The notes below the pieces were generated by a model, which saw only the letters and a program-made list of their open reading frames with translations, was not told where the DNA came from and ran no database searches. From contig NC_068984.1 of NCBI RefSeq assembly GCF_001194135.2, positions 86,622,237 to 86,667,639 on the forward strand: a DNA stretch of 45,403 nucleotides, read 5' to 3'. Each line of letters begins with the position of its first letter. The stretch's first letter is position 1. Origin of the DNA: Octopus bimaculoides (lineage: Eukaryota). Both the position numbers and the translations under genes were made by a program. Below are positions 21,651 to 34,771 of this stretch, one piece after another.

Positions 21651-23819
21651 TTTTACTTTTTGTACACCTTATATGTAACCCCACATTGTATTGTCCTGTA
21701 CTGTTCCAATGTTTTTTTATGAATCCTTAGTGGTTAATAAAGAAATTATCATTATTATTATTATTTCCAACTGAGTTGAATATACTTCATAAAGGGGATC
21801 TAATTATAAATAAAACTTGTTTGTTGCTTGTATCAGTTGGTTAAAGACCAAAAAATCCTTCCCATTGTGCATTATTGCATATTTTCAAAAGTCTCTAATG
21901 TTTGACTTTGGGAGTTTTCTGTCTTGCTTGCTTAAGTACCCTTAGCTAGAGACAGTTTTTGTTTACTAATTGCCTGGATGGTTTTAATTAGACATTTTTC
22001 AACACACCTTATTACGTATGTATGACATTACTGTATTTATATTTATTTTGCTGAATACTCCTGAGGTATTAGCAAACTATTTTTTTTATCACATGTGAAT
22101 AAACAAATAACAGATACGAGGGGAAAATGAAGCAAAAGGACAATCCCAACAAAGTGTAATATTTTAATAATATTGTTGAGAGAAATACTTCAAGGGAGCA
22201 GTCTGATTACCAAATACAAATACAGTTGTGTTTCACATGCAAGCTGAGAGTCTTCAATCAACTAAAATTACTCAAGAAATTAGCAAGCTCTCTTTCTGGG
22301 GATATTTAAAAATCTAAAAGTAAGCAAGAGAGATAACTCGATTAAGATTAGTTGATCTAAGTTTTGGAGCAATACAGACAATGCCGATTGGTATGGGTGT
22401 AGCCCAGTGCTTGCCAACCTATTTTCTCCCCCAACCCCACTTTAACTTTCCAGAAAAATGTAATGCCCCACCAGTGGTTGGAAAAAATATATAGGTGTAA
22501 TATGTTTGCTGTGAAAAGAAAGATTTTCACAATTCCATGTCCCACTAAAAAAAAAACTTAATGTTGAAAGCATTGGATCTGTTAATTTCATTAGCCTCCC
22601 TTACTGAACTATTTTCTACTCTGTTGGTAAAACTAAGAGTAGTCTATGTATGTAAATAGGATTCAAAGTCACCCTTGACTGAACAGACCTGTGATCAAAC
22701 ATGTTCCAGCCTTGATTATCCTTTTCTTCCCTCAGTTACTGCTTATCTAAAACTATATCATTCAGCATGTCTCTCCTTTCAGTGTGGTAGAATGTGACTT
22801 GAGATAGATTGTCTGATATTTCCTGCAGATGAACTGGGACATGATCCATTCTGTTTTGGAATTTGAACTCTCAGTGAGATACTTAGTTCTACACTGCCTA
22901 AATTCACCTGGCTTTGAGAAGTAGGTGCCTGCTTCACTGGTATTTTGTATAGATCCTTGTGATTCCTGAAAGGATTAAATTTTATTAATACACATCCCCC
23001 CTACATCTACTGACTCTTTGCTCCTGCTTGCAGGATTTTTTCATTGCCACAGTAGTAAGATTAATATATGGCTTAGTATAAAACCTTCCAGTTCTTAAAT
23101 TTCATTTCATTGGAAGCAATAAATAATGGCTTGTAATGAGTTCCTCTTTGTCTGTGCTGCCTAAACTGAAAGGGTAGTAGTTGCCATCTTCTGTTTCTCA
23201 ACAGTTGTCTTTTAGTTTAGAGAGCCTGACAATCTAGTTGATGTATAATCTTGTATACTATTTCATAGTTCCTTATATTGCCCCCTTCTTCTGAGCCTTT
23301 TTACTAGAAGCTTACTCAGAAGACCCAGACAACTATCTTGACTTCTGGCTGGAATGGTTTCATTTATCTACTGCAATCTTGATCCTTGTTTCTTTTTTCT
23401 CTCTCAATGGTAATTTAATATTAAAAATCCTTTCGTCCACCACATCCCTACATTCATTGCCCACTTTGCATCACACACTATAACAAACCTCCCGGGCTCT
23501 CTTCTTCACTATCTGCAGTATAACAACTATAAGAATAATGTGTGATAACTTCTTCAGTGGCTAAATTGAATGAAACATGCAGACTAGGTTGTGTCCGACC
23601 ATCATTCTGAAATAATGCACTTATAAACTGACATTTATCACCACTATACTTTTGATAAATTCTTTTCTTCCTACTGATATATACTCTAATACATCAAAGC
23701 AAAGTATGTAACAGTATGTCCTCTACTGATAAGTGCTCGTTCCTTGGTTTTTAGATGTCATCGTTTCACTATTGTAGCCATTTAGTAATGAAAACATGTG
23801 TAATCAAAGCAGCAAGTGC

Positions 23820-24015
23820 TAGTGCCACATAAGATGCACCCAGTACACTTTGTGGGGTGGTTGGTGTTAGGAAGGGCATCCAGCCATAGAAATCATGCCA
23901 GAACAGACAATGGAGCCTGATGCAGCCCCTGGCTTTACCAGCTCCAGTCAAACTGTCCAACCCATGCCAGCATGGAAAGCAGACATTAAATAATGGTGAT
24001 GATGATGATGATGAT
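23820..24015 (+). mobile_element. RTE 3' tail fragment
   Basis: ttaggaagggcatccagcc...ccatgccagcatggaaagcagacatt, (GAT)n tail. Confidence 0.75.
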
Positions 24016-24528
24016 TTTGCAGGATTACATGGTGAAAAATATTCAGAAGGATTTGATAAGAGATCTAAAATAAAATGTAGCTAAAAAGAGTTATGATAAG
24101 GAAAAGCTAGCAATCTCAGAATATTGAAGTCTGTCATAAACAGAAAGAGTACAAAATATCTTATGCTCGTTAGATGTTTCAGTAAAGGGGGAATGATTAC
24201 AGTATAACTGATTTGACATTGTGTGATCAAAAACTAGGATTGACAATAGTATCTTAAACACTCTTCAAACCATACTTCTATTCAACTGGAACCCAAGTTT
24301 CAACTAGTTTTTGTATGTTAAAATTTGTTTCTCTTAAAATTATCCTTTCCATCTCTCCATTTCTAAACATGTTCCTGTGGTAACTCTTTAGTCGTTGTTA
24401 GTTGTTAAAAACTGACCAAAAGAGTTCAAAAGCGCATGCCACTTATTTTCTTAGCCAATCTGAAAATAATTAAACCTTTTTCATTTCAATTCTCTGATAT
24501 ATTTTAATCTTAAATCTCATTATTCCAG

Positions 24529-24607
24529 ATGAAGACTGCTTCCCTTGTAGCCAATTATGATGCTTTAATAGCCAGCCAATTTGTACTTACTAATGGAAAT
24601 GAAGCTG
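24529..24607 (+). CDS. RACGAP1: RACGAP1 coding exon 1 (MKTASLVANYDALIASQFVLTNGNEA)
   Basis: ATG directly after acceptor tattccag; donor G|gtatgt; phase 1. Confidence 0.88.
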
Positions 24608-27600
24608 GTATGTACATAACTATTTTGCTTTCTAAATTTGTTTTTAAACAGCTTTCATACTGTATTCTCATTATTAGTATAGTGATTGTATTATTTAAAT
24701 TTACACACAGACTTCTGAAAAAAAACAGTTTGAAAGATTTAGTGCATAGACAAAGATGCTTGATTGTGTGAACATTAAAAGAGATGTGACAAGTTTTGCA
24801 TAGAGAATCAAAGGTACTTTATATGAAACTGAAAAAAATTATCAGAAACAAAATATGAAGTGGATTGCAGAATCAGTAGTGCAATGTATTTGAATGCCTT
24901 GTGGTATATAATTAATGATCTTTACATTCTGTGATCAAATCTTGCCTTGGTTGACTTTTTGTTCCATACTACCAGGGTTTATAAAATATGAAGTCAGATA
25001 CTGGAGAAAATATAATTGACCATGTCTTACCCCAAAATGTATAGCTCTGTGCTTATCATTATTAAAAATGAACTGGGGGAAAAAAAATGATTCTAACTAG
25101 GTCAACATTTTAATCAGGGAGTGTTAAGATTAATTAGATTACTTAAGGTGACCTTGATACCTTCTTACAAAAATTGTGCTTTTGTTTAGTGAAAGGAAAT
25201 GGAATTTATTGACTGGTTTCAAATGATCTTTTTGACTGGATTCTCTAACATTCAATTCTAGATGAAACTTTCTCACTTCCACTGCTTTTTGGAAATGGTA
25301 TATCACATACCTTTCTTTTATATATATATATATATATTTCATCAAGCTGCCTGTTTACATAAGAGACCATGAAGTGATAGGATATTTACTACATTTCTAA
25401 TGAAATACATTGCCTTTGTTTCAATTAATTTTGAAAATAATGAAACATTTAGCAATATGGCTATTAAACTGGTGTTTGGAACATACATTAAACATGAAAT
25501 TTTGATGGAAGGTTTTAATTTAGACCACTTCCTGATTGTTTAATTTAGACTGCTTCCTGGTTGTTTACAGGAAGTTCACATCAAAGAACAAGGGGTAAGT
25601 CTTGGGTAGTTTGATATCAAAAGGGTTATCATTTTTTTTTTTTCAACTTTAACATTCACAATTTTAGACATTGTCTGTTCACTTGTCAAATTATTTATCT
25701 GAATCAGTACAGAATGGTTTGAGACATTCTTTTGGAGACATAGTTGCAAATGCAAAAGTGACTTAAAATTCATTATATTAATTCATTGGACATTTTTAAT
25801 TTAGTATTGAAGTAGTCCTGAGGTGTTACTTTTCTTTTCATGTTTTTTCTTTCATCTGTATTTTATCTCAGAATTCCAAAATTTTGTTAGTAACGTCCAA
25901 AAAGCTTTTGTAAAATGGTTTGCTGCAGAAAAAGAAATAGTAAAATTACGAGAGGAACTACGTAAATCAAATCAACTGAGAGCAACTCTGGAAACTGAGT
26001 TGAAGCATGCACGGTAATTTATTAAAATATTGGCACTTCTGCTTGATAAAGCAAGTTTTTTAATTGTTTTTTTTTTCCTTCACAATTGTGAGAGAAAGTG
26101 ATTTATGCACAGCTTGACATATATGGATGTTTGATTAAATAAGTTTGAAGAGAAAGCTAACTAGCCTGGTGTGATGTGGAGCTTGCCTGTATGTTCTAAC
26201 CATTAGTTAGTTATTGGACTTTAATCCCACAATAAAGCATCCAGTGCACTCTGTAAAGTGGTTGACTTTAAGAAGGGCATCCAACCATAGAAGCCATGCC
26301 AGAACAGACATAAGAGCCCAAGCAGCTCTTCAGCAGGTCAGCTCCTATCAAACCATTCAATCCGTGCCAGCATGGAAAATGGATTTTAAATGATGACCAA
26401 CTATACATAATAAAGCACCATAGTTAAACCATAATCACACAAGGTCTTCTACTTCCAGAGACTTTATTCAACTGAATAACTCAATTTTTTTTTTGTTTTT
26501 CCTGCATCTAACTGATAACCAAATAGCAATGGCTGCATGATCATCAGGTTTGAGTCCTACTCAGTCACTTAAATATTGGCTCAAACCTTAACTGGCTTAT
26601 CCCTCTCACTTTTGTCTATTGTTTCTACTCTTCTCTGAACTTCAACTAACTATAGTTATTAGATCATTCTTCAATCTAAATTGAAGATCTCTCTTTCTCT
26701 CTCTCTTATGCACTTGCTCACTTGCCTGCCTATGGCGTCTGTTCTGCCCAATTTCCTTTAACAAGTAAAAATTCATGACACTAAACGTATTATGATCCAA
26801 TGGTCGCTCAACTTGCTAGAAATAGCAGCCGTATTTCGCGCATTGCACTACCATCTTATGAAAGGACACATTGGATAATGTAGTCCATGATATACAAAAT
26901 AGTGGGATGGTCACTGCTGGAACTCCTTTCATGATAAATTTAACCAGGTCTTTCTAAACATAAATGTATTTGGAAAGGTATGTAAACAGATTTAAATTGT
27001 AATGATGCAAGGTAGATAACTTATGGATGACCATGTTTGCTCTTGTCTAAAGTGTACATTGAAGAGAATGTATATTTGAGTAGGTGCCGTAATTCATGAA
27101 TAGATGGCAGGGGAAATAATGTTTTAAAGGAAGAATGTCCTTTAAGATGATATTTTGTTTTTTCTGCAGAAACCAAATCAAATTTGAATTTCAAAAACGA
27201 TCACAAGTAGAGAATGACCGAGTCACATTGGTGAGTTGATTTATAATTTCTAACAAACATTGATTTTTCTCGAGCCAGTTAATATAATAATCACTAAATT
27301 TAAGTTGTTTCATAATTCCTGATAGTTTCCATTCATAGACTTCACAATTCAATATCTATCTCTAAAAAAGGCAGCAAGTTGGCAGAATTGTTTACTGAGC
27401 AAAATGCTTAGTGGCATTTCATCTTTCTGTATGTTCTGTATCCAAATACTGCTGAGGTCAACTTTGTTTTTCGTCCTTTCAGTGTCAATAAAATAAGTAC
27501 CAATTGAACTCTGGGGGTCGATGTAATCGACTTGGTCTCTCTCGAAATTGTTGGCCTTGTTCCAAAATTTGAAATAATATTTATCTCTAAAAAATGTGTA

Positions 27601-29295
27601 ATTACATACATGGTAACCACAAGTTTGCATTAGTATTTTTTTATTTAGAACTTTAGTAATAAAAAACGTAATATTTTTTGACATTCAAATAAAGTATTTA
27701 TCCTTATCTTTGCAGGAGAATCTCATAGAAATGATACGCAACCTTTTAAATGATAAAAATAAATCGATACTAGATGAAAAAGACATGCAGAAATTAGCTT
27801 TCTTGAATTCTTATCAACGGTCAGATGGTAGTAAAAGAAGGTATGTATAGACCGACATTTTTTGTATTTTTAGTTGGATATATTCAACACTTTAACATGT
27901 ATTGAAGTTAGCCCAAGTACCTAATAGAACTGCTTACTGTTAAAATTACTTCACTTCCATTTGCTACGTAATTGAGATTGGGGAGATGTCTTGGGAATCA
28001 AATCACTTTTAGACTATAAATATCAAAATGAATACATATGGTCGATGCCTCTCTCATTTTTTTTCTCTTGCCTTCTCTGGTTGAATAGATAGGTGTAGAT
28101 CTATATTTTTATGCTGTTCAGTGATAACTTTTCCAATGATTGTCAGCCTTCCTATCAATAGGTGAAACTAGTAATCGACCAACTCTCATTTCTTCACTTC
28201 TATAACATATTGGAAATAACTACTTCTCCTGAGGATCTGCTTTATTTTGGCTTCTTTGTATTCATGAACTTGAAAACATTGACAGCAATAGTATCCTGAC
28301 ATTAAGTATGTGTGTGTCTGAGAATGTTGGCTAATTAAGAGGGAGAAAATGGAATCTGGTGGGACTTGAACTGATACTCGCTTGTAGTTTCCATGTATTA
28401 CCTCTGCTGCCACTTGTCTTTTCCTACCTCTTGCCTATCCCTCATAATAAGTAAGAAGTGGGGATAGAAAGATGAGATAGCCTGAATGTTGAAGAGGTGG
28501 AAGGATTGGAAGATCCAGTGATGTCCCTAGTTATACAAATGTGTTGTGTGGTGAGTAGGAGATATCCACTGCCTTCTGTAGGCTGGCAGTACAGTGCAGT
28601 GCAAAAGTGAAAAAGAGAATGATATAAACTGGTAATATTATCTCACTACAATCTGGTGAATTGGCCATGTGGTAATGATGTTGACTTCTTAACTATCTGG
28701 TTTTGGGTTCCATTTCACCGTGAGGCCCTTTGGCTGAGTGTCTTGTGTGACAGCCTCAAACCTTGCGAGTGAAATTGGTAGACACTGTAGAAAATTTCTT
28801 TGTGTGTGTGAATATTTATTTCTGCATGTCTTTGCATGACACTATTTTGATGGCAGTGATGCTATGTTAACATTTCCTGTAATCTGTATCCTGGTGTTCA
28901 ACAATTGGCATGTGTGAAAACCATTGGAATATAAGTACATTAAAAAATAGGTAAGGCTTGACAAGAGAAAAGGCATCTGGATATAGAAATAGAATACTGC
29001 CTCAGTGAGTTTTGTCCAACCCATACCGGCCACCTTCAAAGAATGCACATGTATAGTTTTGCAAAAGTTGATTCCTTTCTAACAAAAGATATGGTCAACA
29101 TAGAACTTTGGCATTTGACGGTAATTAATTAATTCTGAAGTATAGATTTCACTGCATGGCTGTATGGTAAGAAGTTTGCTTCCCAACTACATGGTCTTGG
29201 GTTCAGTCCTATTACATGGAAGTATAGCTCCAGGTTGACCAAGAGTGTGAGTGGATTTGGTAGATGGAAACTGAAAGAAGGCTGTCATATGTGTG

Positions 29296-29328
<33 letters not shown>

Positions 29329-30280
29329 TACTGTCTCCTTGCCTTGACGAATAATAGTTGCAAATGAGCAACACTTTCTGTGAAAACAGGTTTAGTCGTG
29401 AGGAAATATTACCATATCTGGAAACAAGTGATGGTTATTGACCAGAAGGGCATCTGGTCATAGAAAATCCACTTCAGAAAATTCCATTCAACCTATACAA
29501 ACTTGAAGTAATAACTGTTAAGAAAAGGATTCAAGATCAATAATAGGAAATATCTTTCTTCTTTGTTTTTAGAAGCAATGCTTACCGCCTGCGAGATTCT
29601 TCCGCTTCATGTTTGTCAGACATCAGCTATGATGTCACTGATGATGATCTTGATGCTTCGTCAGCTGATATATGTGAAAACAGTACTCCACCAAAAAGAA
29701 AAAGAATTTCAACAGACGTAAGTTATCTTAGATATTGTTGAATTCATTATTTCTAAGTGTTAACAAAAGAAAAAAAAATCAGTGAAAATATCCAAGAGCC
29801 ATACTGAATATAATACAGCATTTCGTTTTGTCCTTGGTTTAGAGCTCAAATCAAGAGAGTGAGGCCCGATAAAACTTTGGCTTATAGTTTACTGAGATAA
29901 GCGCAAGCATGGCTGTGTGGTAAGAAGCTTGCTTCCCAACCACATGGTTCCGGGTTCAGTTGCACTGCATGGCACCTTGGGCCAGTGTCTTCTACTGTAG
30001 CCTCAGGCTGACCAAAGCCTTGTGAGTGGATTTGGTAGACAGAAGCGGGAAGAAGCCCATGATCATCATCATCGTCGTCATTTAACATCCGCTTTCCATG
30101 ACTGAGGACTGGTGAACCAGATGGCTACACCAGGCTCCAATCTGATTTGGCAGAGTTTCTACAGCTGGATGCCCTTCCTAACGCCAACCACTCCGAGATA
30201 TATATATATATATNNNNNNNNNNCAATCTGATTTGGCAGAGTTTCTACAGCTGGATGCCCTTCCTAACGCCAACCACTCC

Positions 30281-30313
<33 letters not shown>

Positions 30314-33300
30314 CTGCTAGAATAAGAATGGCCCGGGCAAAGTTCAGAAAGCTCCTACTTCTGCTGGTGACAAAGGGCCTCGCTCAGAGTAAAAGGTAGA
30401 ATGTGTGACGCATGTGTACAAACAGCCATGCTACATGGCAGTGAAACATGGGCCTTGTCTGCTGAGGACATGCGTAAGCTTGCAAGGAGCGAAGCCAGTA
30501 TGCTCTGCTGGATGTGTAATGTCAGTGTGCATACACAACAGAGTATAAGCACCGAGAGAAAAGTTGGACTTAAGAAGTATCAGATGTGGTGTGCAAGAGA
30601 GATGACTGCGCTGGTATGGTCATGTGGTGAGAATGGATGAGGATAGCTGTGTGAAAAGTGAGGGAACCTGTGGAAGAGGTAGACCCAGGAAGACCTGGGA
30701 TGAGGTGGTGAAGCACGACCTTTGAAAATTAGGCTTCACCAAGGCAATGACTAGTGACCGAGACCTTTGGAAATATGCTATGCTTGAGAAGACTTGGCAA
30801 GCCAAGTGAGACCATAACCTGTGGCCTATGCCAGTGGTGTAACCAGCTCACTTATGCGTACTTTTCCTTCATTGGACACAAAACGCTGTTTGCGGAGACC
30901 TGTTGAGGCAAGTGAAATCAAAATCGAATTCGATGACAGCACCGCATGACTGGCATCTGTACTAGTGGAGCACTAAGAGCACCATCTGAGCATGATCGTT
31001 ACCAGGGCCGCTGACTGGCTCCTGTGCCAGTAAAAAGCACCATTCGAGCATTGCTGCAATTATTAGCATTTTGAATAAGCATACAGAGACTCTCTTTGTT
31101 GGTTTATTTTGTATGATAGTAGACTGTCAATGGAGAATGGTAGAAAAGCAGAAAAATTGTCTAACAGATTAAGAGTCTTTTTTTTTTTGTGACTTTATAT
31201 TGACCATTCACCATTTATTACTCTTGTGCCTCTAAAGGTTTTTTCCACAATTTACATTTTCATAAATTCTTTAATTAAATATTTATTATGTATGTTGAGA
31301 TTTTGCTTTTAGCAGACCAGAATGTGTGCCTAGATAATTATTCATAAACCCCACTTATCTGAAATATCAAATAAATGGGGTTTACAATTCCTGCAAAGAA
31401 ATGCTTCAAAGATGTTGAGATTTTATTATTTTATATATTGGACTTCAATATCTAATATTTATTTTTTTAAAAAGTTTGATATTTATGAAAAAAAAAATGT
31501 CCTTGTAGTACAGTTGATTGTTTAAAATATTTCTGATTTATTTGTTTCATTATAGAGGGATACATCCATCATCACTAAGACCAGGATTCATGTGGACAGC
31601 GACTCTGGGCAACCCCAAACTAGAACCACCACTGAAATAAATTTGCCCAAACCCCTATTAAATAAAAGCTTTAGTGAGCCAACACTTGATGTCAAATTTA
31701 AACGAACAGGTTTGTGTGAACCAATACTTCATCTTTTACTTGTTTCAGTTATTTGACTGGCACTGCCTTGAAGGGTTTTAGTAAAATAAATCGAGCCCAG
31801 AACTTATTTATTGGTCTCTTTGCCTAACCTCTATGTAACAGGGACATAAACATACCAACATTGGTTGTTAAACAGTGGTGGGAGACAAACACACACACAC
31901 ACACACACATGTATATATGACAGTCTTCTTCCAGTTTCCGTCTACCAAATCCACTCACAAGGCTTTAGTTGGTCTGAGGCTATAGTAAAAGACACTTGCT
32001 CGAGGTGCCATGCAGTGAGACTGAACTCAGAACCATGTGGTTGGGAAGCAAGCTTTTTACCACACAGCCACACCTTTCATTATAATTACTTTGGCTTTAT
32101 TTTTGAGCTAAAGATTTGTGATATATTTGATAATAATAAAGCAAAACATTCTAATCTTTCATAAAGTAAAATTACTCTTTTACTTGTTATGGTCTTTGGA
32201 CTGCAACTATACTTTGGTGCTGTCTTGAAGGGAAAGGTAGAAATCACTTGATTAAGCATTAAAATGATTTTAATGCTGAAGAACAAATGTGGTGGTCATG
32301 GTTAGAATATCTGTGATCATAGGTCTTCTCAGTCAGGTCTGATGTTGACTAATCAACAAGAAGCCACACTCCTGTTCCTCTTTGGGAAAAAAAAAAGTCT
32401 TCTTTCATCTCTTAATGCTAACCAATTTCTATTATTCAAGATACACTATACTCCAACTGCTTTCCTCAGTGGGGTTTTCTGCACTTAAATAGAACTTACT
32501 CCACTGTTCATTTCTCATTTCTTTGTCAACAATAAGACTTCCAATTATTCTGGCTTAAGGTCTACCTTTCTCATTCTGCTAAATTCTGTTGTTAATAAAT
32601 GAACACCTAAAGATATCTGGAGCTCCAATTCTCTTTAATCTGTCAGAAAGTTAGAAATAGCAAAATTTATCTTTTTTTAACCAATATGGTACACTCATTC
32701 CTGACATGGTCTACATATTTCATTTGTCATATTTTTGTACGATATTCAACAAAATTCTGTTCTCAAGTTACATTTGTTCCTATGTCCAAGTGATCTTTTT
32801 TCCATGAAGAATTTTAAAATTTTACCAGACAAGTTTAGACATTTATAATTGTGTCTTTGTCCAGTCTTTTATCATCATCATCGTCCGCTTTCCATGCTGG
32901 CATGCGCGGGACAGTTTTTTACTGAGGGATGGCAAGCCAGAAGGCTGCACCAGTTCCTACAGTTGGATGCCCTTCCAAATGTCAACCACTCCAAGAGTGT
33001 AACGGATGCTTTTACGTGCCACCGGCATGAGGGCAAGTCAGGCAGTACTGGTATTGGCCATTTTCAAATGGTGCTTTTTACATGCCACCTGCATAGGAGC
33101 CAGTCCAGCGGCATTAGCAACGACCATGCTTGAATGGTGCTTTTTTTATGTTCCACTGGCATGGGAGCCAGTCAGCAGCCCTGACAATCACACTCGAATG
33201 GTGCTTCTAACATTCCACTGGCACAAGTGTCAACCAGGCAGTACTGTCATCGACCATGACAGCTATTTCACTTGCCTCATCAGGTCCTCGCAAGCATAGT

Positions 33301-34725
33301 TTATTGTCCAATGATTGAAGGGTACTCTTAAATGGGCTGACTCTCCCTAATTAGTTGGGCTATGACCCTCTCCATTACTTTCATTACCTGATCCAACAAA
33401 TTGGTACCTCTGTAATTATTTGTATCGAATGCGTCACCTTTACCTTTGTAGCAGTTGATTATGGTGCTGCTACACAAGTCATTGGGTATGACTCCATGAC
33501 CTGATTGACTATACAGGTGACTAGATTATAGCTGACACCGCCAGATATTTTAAGCATCTCTGCAGTGATTCCTGATGGGCCAGGGGCTTTCCCTGTCTTC
33601 ATACCCTTAATTGCTTTATCTACCAAGGTACTGTCAATTCGGATAGCTGGTCCCTCTGTTGGGTCGACATTCGGCAAACTCTCTTTCTTCTATTCATTCT
33701 CTTCATTTAGCAACCTTTCATAGTGACGTCTCTAAGTCTCACAGCCTCGTTAAATGCAAGTTAGCCGTCATCCATGTGGGTGCACCGTGAAACAGCAGAG
33801 AAACTCAAGTTGCCGGTGTCAGAAAATATTATGATAATAATGAGATAGAATTGAGCATTTGAAAATCTTAAACTACAGCTATAACCAAGAGTTTTTGGTC
33901 AGTCAATCTGTGACATTAGATAAATGAATGAATAAGTGACGATAATAAATGAGCGTGAAAGAGAGGGGGGAAAGAGAGAGAATTGGATCAAGCGAAAGGG
34001 ATCTCAAGTGTGTTTTTTTTTAAACATACAGCGTGGAAGACAAAACTGTTTACATAGGTAATGAAATGAACTAATAAGCTAATTGTGATGATCTGTGCTG
34101 AAAGAGGATAAGAGATGTACGAGGTTGAAAGAACATTTTTGATAAAAGTAGTTTATGATATGATTTTCATTCTATAGAAACTAAAATATTTTTCCATTTT
34201 GTTCAGTTTCTTACTCACAGATTTTTATATTATTTAATGTAATATACTTTCCATCTCAGATTCTGCTGGTGATGAGTGTGAAGAGGTATGGACCTTGCGA
34301 CCTAGAAGATCTTCTGAATCAAGACGAGCTCGTCATCGGACACAATCTGAGTATGTTTACTTTGTTGAAATGTTTTCTTTCAATTTATTTAAATGGTTTA
34401 TTGTATTGTCATAAAATACTTTCAGTGTCCTGAATTCAGTAAATTGTGACTACTCTTTTATAACCACCTTTCTTTTATTTCTGTATTACTTAAATAACCA
34501 AAATAATTGAATCATTAATACTAGCAAAACATAGTTGCTTCGAGTACCAAGTAGATTCTCCATTGAGGAATACTCAACTGTCCACCACACTAGAAATATT
34601 CTTTCAGTCTGAACATACTGTCCAACTAGGAAATAAGTTGGAGAACATTTCCAAACCTGCCGAGAGATGCAGGGTTCATGTTATGTTTACTATCTCAAAT
34701 TGATGTTCTCTCTCCCTCTCCCCCT

Positions 34726-34771
<46 letters not shown>

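Noticed and set aside
25513-25566. Short tandem duplications (also 3199-3243, 7447-7507, 38000-38037)
   Set aside because: Ordinary slippage duplications of 16-27 bp, not CRISPR-like (no spacers, eukaryotic context).
30139-30312. Direct duplication of an RTE tail plus (TA)n
   Set aside because: The two copies flank a 10-N gap and are identical, so this is most likely overlapping contig ends.
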